From Gonapodya sp. JEL0774 (Eukaryota): a DNA stretch of 64,000 bases. The notes below the pieces were generated by a model. That model was not told the DNA's origin. It made no database searches and was given only the letters and a program-made list of their open reading frames with translations. The stretch covers positions 1-64,000 of the forward strand of contig JADIIX010000096.1 of assembly GCA_027604505.1 (NCBI GenBank). The letters run 5' to 3'. Every line of letters starts with the position of its first letter. Within the stretch, counting starts at the first letter, position 1. Below, piece by piece: positions 38,820 to 50,604 of the stretch. Position numbers and translations under genes: made by a program.

Positions 38820-39800
38820 AGAGAGTCAAGGAGATGTCAATACAAAAGTGCGCATTCACCCCTGGAGCTCAAAGGGCAGAAGAGGGATGCTTACGTGCTA
38901 GAGCATGGCCAAAGGGAAAGGGGTATGAAAATGATCGAGCAAGTGGCAGAACAGGTATCCTCCATAGAGTGTCCCCTGAAGCGGACTCAGCGACAGCAAA
39001 ACCCGTTATTCTGTTTGTATGGGACACGCGATAGCCAACTGACGCACTTTTTCACATTCCGTGCACCCGAATGCTCTTTAGGCGCGCTGGTGTTGGAGAA
39101 AACGTCGAAACTCCACCAATCATCGTGAAGCCAAGCGTGATATTACAACTGGCGGGATTTCTTTTGTTGCCACACGATTATGCTCACACAAGCCGCTGAG
39201 CGCCGTAGTTCTAGTATAATGGGAGATGATGCCGTTTTCTGATCACCTCTGACGGCATACCAGCGGACTCTGCACGAGTCGCACCAGGGCACTAAACCAT
39301 GATGAGCTTCGACTATAACAACATATATACAATATCTTGGTCTTGATGGTCCTCAACTTGCTGGATCTATGGTGTATAGCCAGGAATCGATCAAAGTGCT
39401 TTCGGAGGGGGTCGTTCTCCATCTTGGACAACAAATAAGCACTTCCTAGTATCCGATCGTCTACTACTTGCTCTGTATAAGACAATATTGCCGCGGAGCA
39501 AATGTGTCAGCACATGAAATCGAATCTTGCATGCTCGTGTCCGCTGACCGATTATGTGAGAGATCAAACACGGCTCCCTGACGCCTTGGGAGTGAATCAC
39601 GTACAAATGTATGTATGATAAAGCGCGGCAGGGAGGTTCTTTTGCTGAAACATCGGGTTTCTCCCGGCGGCACACAAGGAGGCTTAGGGTTATATGACAA
39701 TATGGGGAGTCTATTATCATCCACGATAATATCCATTTAGCAATAAACGAATTTCTGCCAGTATTGGTGTTGTCCGAACTTGCTTGGTGGTTCAGGTGAC
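38820..39800 (-). mobile_element. Highly decayed Crypton-like (tyrosine recombinase/NDC10-type) transposon relic
   Basis: Collinear fragments across frames: SKFGQHQY (39761-39784), GETRCFSKR (~39640-39664), GATRAESAGMPSEVIR (39238-39285) and a GF...MED...PLW-like segment. They resemble recalled Crypton motifs KTNQFGR.EY, GE.FPDFS.R and GA..AE..G..E..IR. Many stops. Confidence 0.4.
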
Positions 39801-40626
39801 CACATCGTTCACTCTCATCCCAACTGTTATTTCGCGGTTCATTTTCTGCTTGAGGCAACAATCTGCCGGAACGCTGGACTGGCAATCAGACTGGATGGAC
39901 TTCGGGTTATTTCAAACAGGACAGATGTCAAGCCATTCTTGGAAGAGACGACGGGCATCCGTCACTTCTGCTGCAATCGATGTGGCATCGAGAGCTTCCA
40001 TTTTGTATTTTACTGCAGTCTGTCCAATGTCATGAAGCCAAGCACAGTACGCAACAAGTGCTCAACTCAAAAATGTGTTTCAATGTCATGATCAGCTGTC
40101 GTGATAATTTTCTGTGTTGTTGTTTGGGATCCATGTGTCCGTGGGCGATGTGCCCACTCGACCGAGGAAACAGGACACGCCTAAACCCGACAGGCCCTAG
40201 TGTCGAGCCGCGCAAGGGGCAGCAACGAGGCGCGAGGAGAGGAAGCCGGCCAGAGGGGGCGGGCGGTGCTGCCAGAATCCGGGCCGGTGGGCAAGGAGGC
40301 CCCGAGCCCACCAGCCGCCATGCATTTGTTGATGTAACAGCAGAAAAAAAAAAGACAAAGAACAACTAAAGAGAGACGAGCTGCGCAGAGCCGAACAGAC
40401 ATCACAGGCAGAGTGGCGAAGTCCACACAAAAACAAAAAACCGAGCCATCGCTCCAGCTGAGACGAAGTTGGCGAGCATGTCAGCAAGTCCCCGGCTTCC
40501 ACATCCCCAACCATTCCCACCTGAGACGACGTTGTCGAGAGTGTGGGGAAAGGGCCGGGGCGCACAATGTAAGCCCCCCACTCGGTGCACGGGGCCCGTC
40601 CTAAGCCCACCCCTGGATCCAACGCA

Positions 40627-41062
40627 CCGACTCCCCCAAATGCCGCAAATCAACAGCTTTTTAACTGAAAATTGCACCAAGTTTTTCAACTTTCTACCCT
40701 AAATGCGCACCTATATGGCGCATCAATCCCCAACTCCTCCCTTTCTAGTCTCTCCGTAGCCCCATTTGACATGATCGTTTCCGCTGTATTCTAGTGCTCG
40801 AACCAAAATACATTACCACTACCAAGATCTTTGTTGAAACTACCGCATCCAGTGGCGTCCAGTTTGGATTAACCAATTTTTCCGTTGCTGCATACAGAAC
40901 CTTCGCGTGGTCTCGTAGAGCCAAAAATGCTCGAGAATATATCACCAATTGCGGGCCAACCTTGACAAAAAGAAGCCCAAATTCGCACCTATCCGGACCA
41001 GGATTTGGCCAACTTTGGGTCTAAAATCGCACTTTTTTAGGACCGGCATATTGGGGAGTCTG
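40627..41062. mobile_element. MITE-like non-autonomous DNA element (~436 bp) with terminal inverted repeats
   Basis: Left end CCGACTCCCCCAAATGCCG; right end reverse complement CAGACTCCCCAATATGCCG (16/19 identical). Flanked by TA on the right and CA on the left; AT-richer interior with no convincing coding sequence. Confidence 0.6.
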
Positions 41063-41509
41063 TACGGGACTCGCCAGCTGTAGAATAAAGTGACGAGGTG
41101 TTATAATATAGTGAGCCAATCGCGAAATCACATTGGTGACTGCATCTAATATGTACTTGGAGAGATATCCGAACATACATATTATGTATTATGTAAACAA
41201 ACCGCGAGATCTGACTTTCGACAAACAGGCGACTGAGGAGCTAAATTCACAACCACCCGATGTAAAAACACAAGAGCAAACTCTTTGAGATGCAGTGTTA
41301 TTGCCACCACGTCTGTTGGTATTTTCTGTCTATGATTATGGTATTTTTGTTGTGCCAGTTCGGCCAAATGAAGAACCCTTCACCAAAGGGAATAAAGGAA
41401 ATGCCGCGGAAGTTCGGGGATACACCACAACTCCACAAACAAAAGGCGGAACGAGGCGCGGTTCAACAAGGCGAAACACAAGCACAGCCGGGAGAGAAAT
41501 AGAAGGGTG

Positions 41510-44065
41510 ATGGCGACAACTGCCGTGCGGGGGTCGTTTGGGGCATCGTTGAGCCAAATGCTTGGCCTGGGAGATGGGCGCGGAAGCCGGGCACGGGGAA
41601 CGGGAACAGCTCCAGCGGTGGCAGTGGAAGGTGACGAAGAAGCTGAGAAGAAGAAGGCAAAAGGGACAGGGTCTGCGTTCTCCCGATTGTACACTTCCGT
41701 TGGTGGTCGCCTGAGTTTGGACCGGGACCGAGGAAGCGAAAAATCCGTCGAGCGGGGACGCTTTAGTATGGACCGAGGGCGGGAACGCGAGAAAAGCAGT
41801 AAGAGGGAGAAGGCGGTGGATCGAGAAAAGTCAGCCACGCTGGGGACTTCAGCGACCTCGGTTTCAGCCATTGCTAGTGGACAGTCAGTGGCCACCTACA
41901 AGACCACCAAATCCTCTCATTCAGTCAGCTCTTTCAACTCACTGAGCTCATTAAACTCGTCCAGCTCTGTGGAAAACCCGCCTTCGCGCACCTCAATCTC
42001 CTTCACACGCGCTCATCGCCAGGTCACCTTGCGCCTGCCCGACCAACCGTCCCCTCTCCAACCTCTGCAACCGCAAAGACTACATCAGTCACTGCACCAG
42101 CAAAAGACTCCTTCGAACCCGCCGGCCCGTGCACCCATGCCGTCCATCTTGCAAAACCCCGCTGCACTCTCCTCGGCCAACACTTACCCTCGTGGCATTC
42201 ACGACTCGGATGACAGACTCGCGGACAATGCATTGCCACAAGTTACTCTACCCCACGTTCCTGCAACATATCCTCGAGTCTTACCGGACGTGCCAGAAAT
42301 CACAGTTACCCCTGCTGCCGAAACGGATCCAGAAAGCACTCCAACCGCATCCCCTAAAGCCGACTTCTTCCAATTTAGAAGCCTGCCGCGTTCCAACACC
42401 ACCACCAAACCATCTAGTCCTCCGAAGACGTCGGATGCTCCGATCCGAACCTGTCCCCCCAGTCTCCCTCCTGCATCTTCTGCGTCTTTGGGATCCAGAC
42501 TCACTTCGTCCCTTCCGGAGCAGGGCCCGTCCCGCCGCCCAACAGGTGGCCTCGATCCCCGCCCTGCATTCAACCCACCAGAACCAAGATCATTTTCTTC
42601 GTGGGCCGCCAATGCATCCTCTCCTTCTCATTCTCCAGACTCAGGCTGGCCTCGTCATCCGTGGACATCCACACCACGGTCTCAGTCCCTCCGGGTATAC
42701 CCCTCTCACCACCACCTGCCCTCACCGGAGCCCGAGCTTATTGACCTCATCTCTCTACAAAAACGATCTTTTGGTCGAGGTGGACCTCATGGTGGCGCAT
42801 CTGCGGTCTTGGTTTCCGTTCCCCAGACTGGGAGCAGCCCACTTCCTCTTCCTCCACCTCCCTCCACCTCCGATGTCGCGAAGCCAATCGTACTGCCTGA
42901 AAACACTAGTACTGTATCACCTCCCGTCGTCCGCGCTGCAACTTGGACGCCATCAACCACCTCGGTGACACGGAAACCTGTCGCTGCATCCCCCAACCCT
43001 CCTGTCCCGTCCATTGCAACAGATGACCAAGGTGACGCCGAGACTTGGGTTGTCGATGCTTCGGTTCCATCTCTCCTTGCCGAACAATCTCTCCCAGAGT
43101 CTTCTCCATCATCAGCTTCATCCACCTCGCTCCTACCAGCCGCCGTCCCCGTCACAGATCCGAAAAATTCGGCCACGACCGCCGCTCCTGCTACAGATCC
43201 GACAACGCCGGCAACTGCCACCATTCCTCTTTCCCAAATTACCAGCCCGGCTGCCTTGCTCTCGTTGCTTGCGCATACGAGCATCTTCCTTCCCGACTCT
43301 CGTGATCCCATTCTAGACCGCCTGGCCGAAATAGCGGTGCAAGCAAAGCTCAAGGCTGCCGAGGCAACGGCGGCTGCACAGCAGCAAACAACCCAGGGAG
43401 CTCCCTCACCCTCATCGCCGCAGCTACGCCCAACCTCGGCCTCGACTCGCAGCGTGTCTACAACACCTCCTCCAACTCCGCCATATTCATCGGCATCACC
43501 TATATCGCCCACCTCAGCAGCAGCACAATACAGAGCAATCATGCGGGTGTTGTGGAACGCGAGGCGCATGTCGAAGTTCCGCAGGTCCGAGTGGGACTCG
43601 TTGATGGCGAAGATTGAGGAGGCAGGCCCTGAAGGTGTCAAGGACGAGGATGATGATGAGTCAGACAGTACGGATAGTGAGACGACTGCGCCTGTAGACG
43701 GGAAGGGAGAGGGCGAGACCGATGGGGAGAGAGAAGGAACGGGGAGGGCGAGATCGAGCAGTGGCACTCTCGGGGCTGGTTCGTCACTTGTACCGGTGCC
43801 GGGGACGGGACAGAAGCAGCAGCAGGTAGCTTCGTCCCCACCAAGGTCGTCAAGGTCTTGGACGAGATCTAGGTCGTGGTCGAGAACGAGAGGGGTGGAT
43901 GCAAGTGCCGGTGATAACGGTACGGATGCTTCGGAGGAGAGGACAGGTGTGAGTGGAGGTGGAGTGGCGGCTGCTGCTTGGGCGGGCGTGAAAAGAATGG
44001 GAAGTGGAGGATATTTGGCAGGAATCATGGGGAAGAAGAAAGACCGAAGTGTGAATGACGTATGA
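41510..44065 (+). CDS. Intronless ~850-aa Ser/Pro-rich, largely disordered protein
   Basis: Uninterrupted 2.5-kb ORF; only ITSPAALLSLL...ILDRLAEIAVQAKLK and YRAIMRVLWNARRMSKFRRSEWDSLMAKIEE look folded. Confidence 0.75.
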   Translation: MATTAVRGSFGASLSQMLGLGDGRGSRARGTGTAPAVAVEGDEEAEKKKAKGTGSAFSRLYTSVGGRLSLDRDRGSEKSVERGRFSMDRGREREKSSKREKAVDREKSATLGTSATSVSAIASGQSVATYKTTKSSHSVSSFNSLSSLNSSSSVENPPSRTSISFTRAHRQVTLRLPDQPSPLQPLQPQRLHQSLHQQKTPSNPPARAPMPSILQNPAALSSANTYPRGIHDSDDRLADNALPQVTLPHVPATYPRVLPDVPEITVTPAAETDPESTPTASPKADFFQFRSLPRSNTTTKPSSPPKTSDAPIRTCPPSLPPASSASLGSRLTSSLPEQGPSRRPTGGLDPRPAFNPPEPRSFSSWAANASSPSHSPDSGWPRHPWTSTPRSQSLRVYPSHHHLPSPEPELIDLISLQKRSFGRGGPHGGASAVLVSVPQTGSSPLPLPPPPSTSDVAKPIVLPENTSTVSPPVVRAATWTPSTTSVTRKPVAASPNPPVPSIATDDQGDAETWVVDASVPSLLAEQSLPESSPSSASSTSLLPAAVPVTDPKNSATTAAPATDPTTPATATIPLSQITSPAALLSLLAHTSIFLPDSRDPILDRLAEIAVQAKLKAAEATAAAQQQTTQGAPSPSSPQLRPTSASTRSVSTTPPPTPPYSSASPISPTSAAAQYRAIMRVLWNARRMSKFRRSEWDSLMAKIEEAGPEGVKDEDDDESDSTDSETTAPVDGKGEGETDGEREGTGRARSSSGTLGAGSSLVPVPGTGQKQQQVASSPPRSSRSWTRSRSWSRTRGVDASAGDNGTDASEERTGVSGGGVAAAAWAGVKRMGSGGYLAGIMGKKKDRSVNDV

Positions 44066-44363
44066 CATGTGTCACGTGACGTGACTGAAAATTTTAGGTG
44101 GACTTGTTGGACCTTTAATGTGATCAGATGGGCGGTTGATGCGAGCAGCACGGAGCCAAAGTTTTGTACTCCTCACAGCGAGTGGACTTTATGGCGCGAA
44201 ACTGATTCGTTTGTTTTATTCTGTTGTGTATGGGGTTATATGTAATACAATCACGTTGTTGTTTTGCTAGTAAATAGATTCGCAAGCCGACCTCATCCGA
44301 TGACGTTCCTTTGCGTGGTCACCTCCCAGCACGACATGCAGGATCCACTGCTGGTAAAACATC

Positions 44364-46045
44364 TCACGCCTCCACTTTTTCATTCTTCATGATCCAATCT
44401 ACTTCTTCCGCGATGGAACGGAAGAAATCCAAGGGAGTGCGTGTTGGTCTCCAGCCGATTTGCCGTCCGCGGTGGGCACGAGAACGGGCTACTCGGTGGA
44501 TAAGAGTCAGCGATCAAGACAGAATGTCATCAACATGCAGGTGCGATGAGGAGATTCCGCAGAAGTGCCCGAAGGGAGCGTTGAAGACGCAAAGTCCTGA
44601 ACATGATGGAGCGCCAAAGTATCAGTTCACTATCTCACTTACAATTTGACCCAAACGCCTTCTTTCTCCTCTCGAGTTTGAAAGATTTTACCACGTCTGC
44701 ATCCGCCAAGGTGCTGGTGGTGGAATCCCGGATGGCTCCTTTCGAGAAAAGAACCTTCGCGATCTCGGTAGCCGCCTCTCCCCATGAATGCTCGCCAGTT
44801 TCGGCAAAGTAATACTGATCGAACAAGTGTCGCGTGGCAGGGAGAGGGTGAGTTAAGGCGTGTTGGAAGATAAGAATATATAGGGTAGCAAGGTCTGTGA
44901 TGTGCACGTTGGACCAGCTGGAATATGGGGTAGTTAGTACGGGTCACCACGAGCAAGGTTCCAGAAATGGAATTCAGTCAGAACACCACCACAATAACCA
45001 CACGACAACATCACCACCTGACATACCGAGCTAACCCTTTGCCCACGTAGTGAACACGACCAAGACGGAGTGCGGCACGGATGAGGGTGGGGATTTGAAT
45101 CGAGATGGTGTTGAAAGGGCCTGCAAAAAGTTGCGGCAAAGACAGGAGTCTAAATATATAAATAGAGAGAGAGAGAACAAATAATATAAGTCCATACCAT
45201 TACCGATGCCATCTGGTTGAATGAACAGAGGTCATAAATCTTCACGTTATTCAACGACCCCTTTCCCCGCTAAAATGCTCACATATAGTCGGGGGTAGCA
45301 CAATATACGCGTCCACATTTCCGCTCGCACCAGCCTCTCTTATTATCAAATCTACGTCCCTGTGCGGCTGGCTGTCCGCAAGCGAGTCGATCAAACGGAT
45401 GTCGAGGTCCGAATAGACAGTTGGGCTCTCAAAGTCACCGATGGCTGAATCGGCCAAGACGCCGGTACCAGAGGTCTAACGTAGTTTGGTTGATGGCGCG
45501 GTGTCAAAAGGTGGAAGTACGATGTCGGGGCCGGATGCTTGAAAAACTCTACGCACGTGGATTAAAATACCATTCCTCCCAGTCTTCTTCTTTCGTTCAA
45601 CAAGACCTTCGATGATTGCCTTGGCGGCCACTAAATGGTCCGCATGCGCAGTGTGGATGACCACTAAACACGCCTCACCCCAAACGACATGAAAAGATGA
45701 TACGAATTACGTAACAACACAAACCCGCACTCAAGTAGTGGAAGAAATCTACCGTCAGAATCCTCCGCCTCTCTCTTCAAGATCTCAATGTCATCGAGTG
45801 AACCGATGACAGGCCTCGTACCCAATTCTTTCAGCTTTGTCGAACGCTCCTCGCCACGAACGAGAGTAGATATATGGTATCTGGAGGCAGCCTCAGGGAG
45901 TGCGAGAAGCGAAACGAGTACTTCACCGCCAATGTAACCTGTAAATATCGACGGACTGCTGTCGCCTTTTGGACGGATATCAGATTCGTCGCCCAGAGAT
46001 GAACGCACCTGTGGCACCAGTAAGAAAAATTTTTACTTGAGTCAT
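44364..46045 (-). CDS. NAD(P)-dependent epimerase/dehydratase-like atypical SDR, tandem copy 1
   Basis: MTQVKIFLTGATGYIGG; VIHTAHADH; IHTSGTGV; HRDVD; PPTIYGIG; SIQIPTLI; WSNVHITDL; YYFAETGEHSW; GSNSRSRA...IGWRP. Confidence 0.9.
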
Positions 46046-46524
46046 GGCCTGCGGCAAGTGGCGACGGTTTTCAATGCGTTATAAGCAGTTTTCAATGCGG
46101 AGCAGTTTTCGGCTTCTTTCACTGCCGAAACTGATTTGGAACACTCATCAGAAGTATGCGAATGATGCCATAATACGCTTTGCACCATGTTAGCTTTTAA
46201 TATCGGACTCAAGACACCTATCCTCCTTATAAATTGGTTTCCATGAGCTTGCCGTTTTGTAATTGACGACGCCAGGATTGGAAAGTCCGAGCAGTTTGCG
46301 CCGAAAACGAGCTAGAAGATGGTAAAATAAAGATCGCAACTACGCAATGCAGATGAATCATGCGACTTCGTGTGCTATGCCGTGCCATCCAACAAGAACG
46401 CGTATGTGCAAGTCAATGAGTTCATCTACGTGCATACAATGTAATCATAAGGGCTGTCCAAATCTCTGCAATTATCGTCGACCAGCCGGACCGCACAGAA
46501 ATTACTCCTATATCGATTCTTGTC

Positions 46525-48680
46525 TCAGTGCAGTTTCGAAACCGACCCCACTTTCTCGTTCTTCAATATCCAGTCCACTTCGTCCGCAATGCAACGGAAG
46601 AAATCCTGCGGGGTGTGCGTCGGTGTCCAGCCAAGTTGTCGGGCTCGGTCGGCGCGGGAGCGGGCTGGATCAGGTACAGGGGTAGAGGATAGGACGGCAA
46701 CAGGGGAGGCGCGGGGGGGGTGGGTGTGGGCGGGACCCGGTGTGGGAAAGTTCCAATCCAAACCAGCGTGCAAGCGCATGTGTCGCGGCGTCGTGAAATT
46801 TGATGTGAATACCAGCCCCAGCGACAATGACAAGGAACGATGAGTCCCCCACAACTACCCACAATTCGAGCCCAACAACTCCCTATTCCTCTGATTCCCC
46901 ACATACTCCACCACATCCTCGTCCTTCAAGGTCCCAACGGTCCCGTCCTTTATGGCCCCCCGAGCAACCAACGCCTTTCCAATCGCGACCGCCGCCTCAC
47001 CCCACGAATGTTCTCCCGACTCGGCAAAGTAGTACTGGTCGAAGACGTGCCGGGTGTTGGGTAACGGGTGCGTAAGGGAGTGTTGGAGAAGGTGGATGTA
47101 GAGGGACGCGAGGTCCGCGACGTGCACGTCCGACCAGCTGCGATTGGAGAGAGTACATGGATCACGGAAACCAGTGAATCAGCATGTAGTATCACCATTG
47201 ACAACCTCCAGACCAAAAAAACACAATTTGTGGAGCCGTCGCGGACCCCGTCCCTGCACGATCCCCTGTATCATTCAACTCACAGGGACAGCCCCTTCCC
47301 CATATGATACACCTTGCCAGTTCTCCACGCCGCGCGGATAAGTGTGGGTATTTGGATCGATATCGGGTGGAAGGGACCTTGGGAGAGGAGGGTCGGCGAT
47401 GGGAGACGTGAGTGCGAGCGTTTGTTTTACTGATGTCCGCATTAGGGCCACATGCAAAAGGGACTACTCACTGCTGCCGATGCCGTCTGGGAGTGTTGGG
47501 ATCAAAAAAAACGGACCCAATGGTGAGGTGGTCGTGAACAGGCCGCGCTCACACCACAACGGAAACGCCACACCGCCCAAAGAGCGAGCTCTACGTCCAC
47601 TCCTCGCGACCACCACACAAAAACACCCACGCACAAACTCAATTACATACATATCGTCGGCGGCATGACCAAATACACGTCCACGTCCCCGCTCGCGCCA
47701 GCCTCTCGCACGACCAGATCCACGTCTCGATGAGGTTGGGTATCGGCGAGGGCGTCGATGAGCTGGACATCGAGATCCGAGTAGATCGTGGGGGACACGT
47801 AGTCGCCCACAGAGAGATCAGTGAGCACGCCGGTGCCGGAGGTCTGAAGGGGGGAGCGGGGAGAGGTCGGGTTGGGAGGGTGATAACGGCGAGTGCACAA
47901 AGACAAGTGGCAGAGGTGGGTGTTTGTGATTGTAAAGGACACGACGCAGTGGGGGTGAGGAGGGAGATGAGCATGTCAAAGACGACGCACGTGAATCAAG
48001 ATTCCATTGGTGCCGGTCTTGCGTTTGCGTTCGGTAAGGCCCGCGATGATGGCCTGTGCGGAGGACATGTGGTCCGCGTGCGCCGTGTGGATTACGACTG
48101 GAGACGAAGTTAGTGTGGGTGTGAGGATGGGCACAAATATGGGCTAGGTCATCAACATCGGACAGGGCAAAACAAATGTCGATACTGGTAGACAAGAATG
48201 CTACAATAAGCATGGCTTGTCACTAGTAACCCATGAGCAACTTTGATTCTGGTATTCGTCCCTCAGTGGAACTCCGTTGCGCACACTGCCCCCATTCAGA
48301 AATGCAAAAGATAACAGGCTGCTCCCGTCTCACCATCAGCATCCTCGGCTTCTTTTTTCAAAACATCCACGTCGTCGAGGGACGCGATGACGGGCCTGGT
48401 ACCCATCTCCTTGAGCTTCGCAGCACGATCTTGGCCGCGAACGAGGGTGGATACGTGGTATCTGGAGGACGCCTCTGGGAGTGCAAGGAGGGAGACGAGG
48501 ACTTCGCCTCCAATGTAGCCTATTTGGTGGAAAGTGGAAGCCAAGGTGATGGGCAAGGAATGGACAATTGTTGAGCGGGGACACGTCAGCGATAAGAATC
48601 GACAGACGCCGGGGGAGTTGAGAGGAAGCGGGATCGAATTCACCTGTTGCTCCGGTAAGAAAGATTTTCACCTGGGACAT
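46525..48680 (-). CDS. NAD(P)-dependent epimerase/dehydratase-like atypical SDR, tandem copy 2
   Basis: MSQVKIFLTGATGYIGG; same motifs and same exon boundaries as copy 1; ends WILKNEKVGSVSKLH*. Confidence 0.9.
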
Positions 48681-50604
48681 TGATGATGATGGATTGATGT
48701 TGGAAGGTGTGTATTAGGTTGAAGGTTGCCGGCATCCCAGCCGGGCTGTGGCGGCGATCGCCACCAGACAATGCCCTCGGAGCATTTGCCGCCATTTCAG
48801 ATATTACAATAAGTTTTCAAACATGTAATTTGTTTTCAGACACTCGTATTCATGTCGGAGACATGTCGTGCCTAGCTATGCCATGCAAATCCCTCGAACC
48901 GGCCCGGCAAGGCTCACGTACACCACACGTTGTGTGACATCCCAGGTATTCAATACTGATGATTGACGGTAGAGCCATTCTCGGTTTTACTCGAAAGTTT
49001 CAGTCTCCACTGACACGGTGTTGCAACGGTGTGCTGGATTGCTGATGAGCTAAGGAAGGCGAACGGGGGAACAGACGCAGAGGCTTCGGAGAGCGGAGAG
49101 AAGAAGAGATTGAGCTCATAAACGGCGTGGGAGCCGAGTGCTGGATTTGACCCCATTCAATTATGGCGTTCCGTGTTTTACTTTTGAATTCTGAGCTTCT
49201 GCCTTCACCTGGGCCAGAAATGAATGTTTTCATCGAAATCCACCACTTGCAAGAGTATTCAGATGTTTTTACATAGCTTCTTATATTTGCAAGGTGTAGC
49301 ATGGTGCGATCTAGGTCCGCCGTCAACTGTTATTAGTGAACTTCATGGACAAGTCCACCATTTGCACCAAGAATCTTGTAGACTTTCTGTGAGCAAAGAC
49401 AGATGTATTCGAGAGAGAGATATTATATGCGTACTCTCGGGTTTATAAATATGCTGAGTGGTGCTCCATCGTGAAAATCCCAGTGGTCGCGGGCCGGTTA
49501 TCATCCGTCGAGAAATGCCAATCGCTCAAAAAGACATGCACACATCTACAACTTCGCATGCTGCTGGGTAGAATAATCATGTATGCGTTTGACTCGTCGA
49601 ACTGGTCCTCACGCTCGGGGTACGGATTCCAGCGAGCCCGAAACAACCCGTAAGCACAGTTTGAAGCCCCCTTCGCGGGTTGCTTCGGGTCACAAAATCT
49701 CACGTACCACGCCTGCCATGGGAGATTACTCCAGTCCGAGGCATCGCAAGCTACTCGGACTGTGGTTCTCGGGGGTCTTCATGGCCGAAAGATCCGGCAC
49801 AGGCGTCAGGTATTGCTCGAGGTGACAAGGAGGTGGAGTTGCAAAACGGATATGGCATCACAGAGCACGCGCCAGAAGTGTCACAAGACATGCCGCCCAA
49901 ATTTATCACCACTACTATACGATCTATCGGATTTGTGGACTTTAGAACCTAAGTTCAAATTTCTCGCTCTGGAAAGGGTCCGCAAAAATCACTGTTTCTC
50001 AAATGCAGCGCCGGACAACAGAGCTTGAAGTGATTCTGAGCAGAGACCCAACGAATTACAGCGCCAACAATAAACTGCGATTGAATATCGATTTTTTTTT
50101 TTTTTGATGTGCGACCTCTCCGTTCGACGTGGACCGTGCAAACCTTTTCACGTATCAAGATCCTTGTCGATCTGCACGTTTCCAAGTTTTGGAGATCACC
50201 AAAGCACAAACTTGTCCCGTTACTGATGTCAATGCGCACCCCACTTGTCTGTTGACCCACCGAATCACTCAGCGATCCGGCAAGTCTCTATGGCGGTGGT
50301 ACCCGACGAATGCTTAGACGACTAATACCTGATCAATTCATTTATGGGCGGCGCATAAAGTGTAAACGGGTGGTAGTGTGAAATCTCGGGAAAATAAATG
50401 GTTTTACCCCTGGTCATAAATAGATTGGACACTCTGAGGTTCTGCCGAGAATTCCCACAAACTAAATTGAACCGAGTCGCTTATTAAGCATTCAATTCAA
50501 CTTCAATTCAACTCCGATTCATCGCGATCTCACCGTGAATCGCGTCGCTCTTCTCGGCACGTTTGACTCCGCCCCCTGCCGGCACCCTCACTCATCTGGA
50601 ACGC

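Noticed and set aside
40458..40540. CTGAGACGA repeats as hammerhead ribozyme cores
   Set aside because: They do not fit CUGANGA, and there is no properly placed GAAA/stem II.
40480..40600. AAGTCCCC and CACGGGGC resembling RNase MRP CR-I/CR-V
   Set aside because: Only ~100 nt apart, CR-V imperfect, and the first motif is already paired in a local hairpin.
42787..44151. 454-aa antisense ORF
   Set aside because: Shadow of the Ser/Pro/Ala-rich sense ORF; no motifs or independent gene signals.
46525..46540. SKL near the end of SDR copy 2 as a PTS1
   Set aside because: Followed by His before the stop, so not terminal; no alternative splice evident.
48900..50400. Gene-free 1.5-kb stretch with short ORFs
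   Set aside because: No coherent gene model, repeat termini or family motif recognised; left unannotated.
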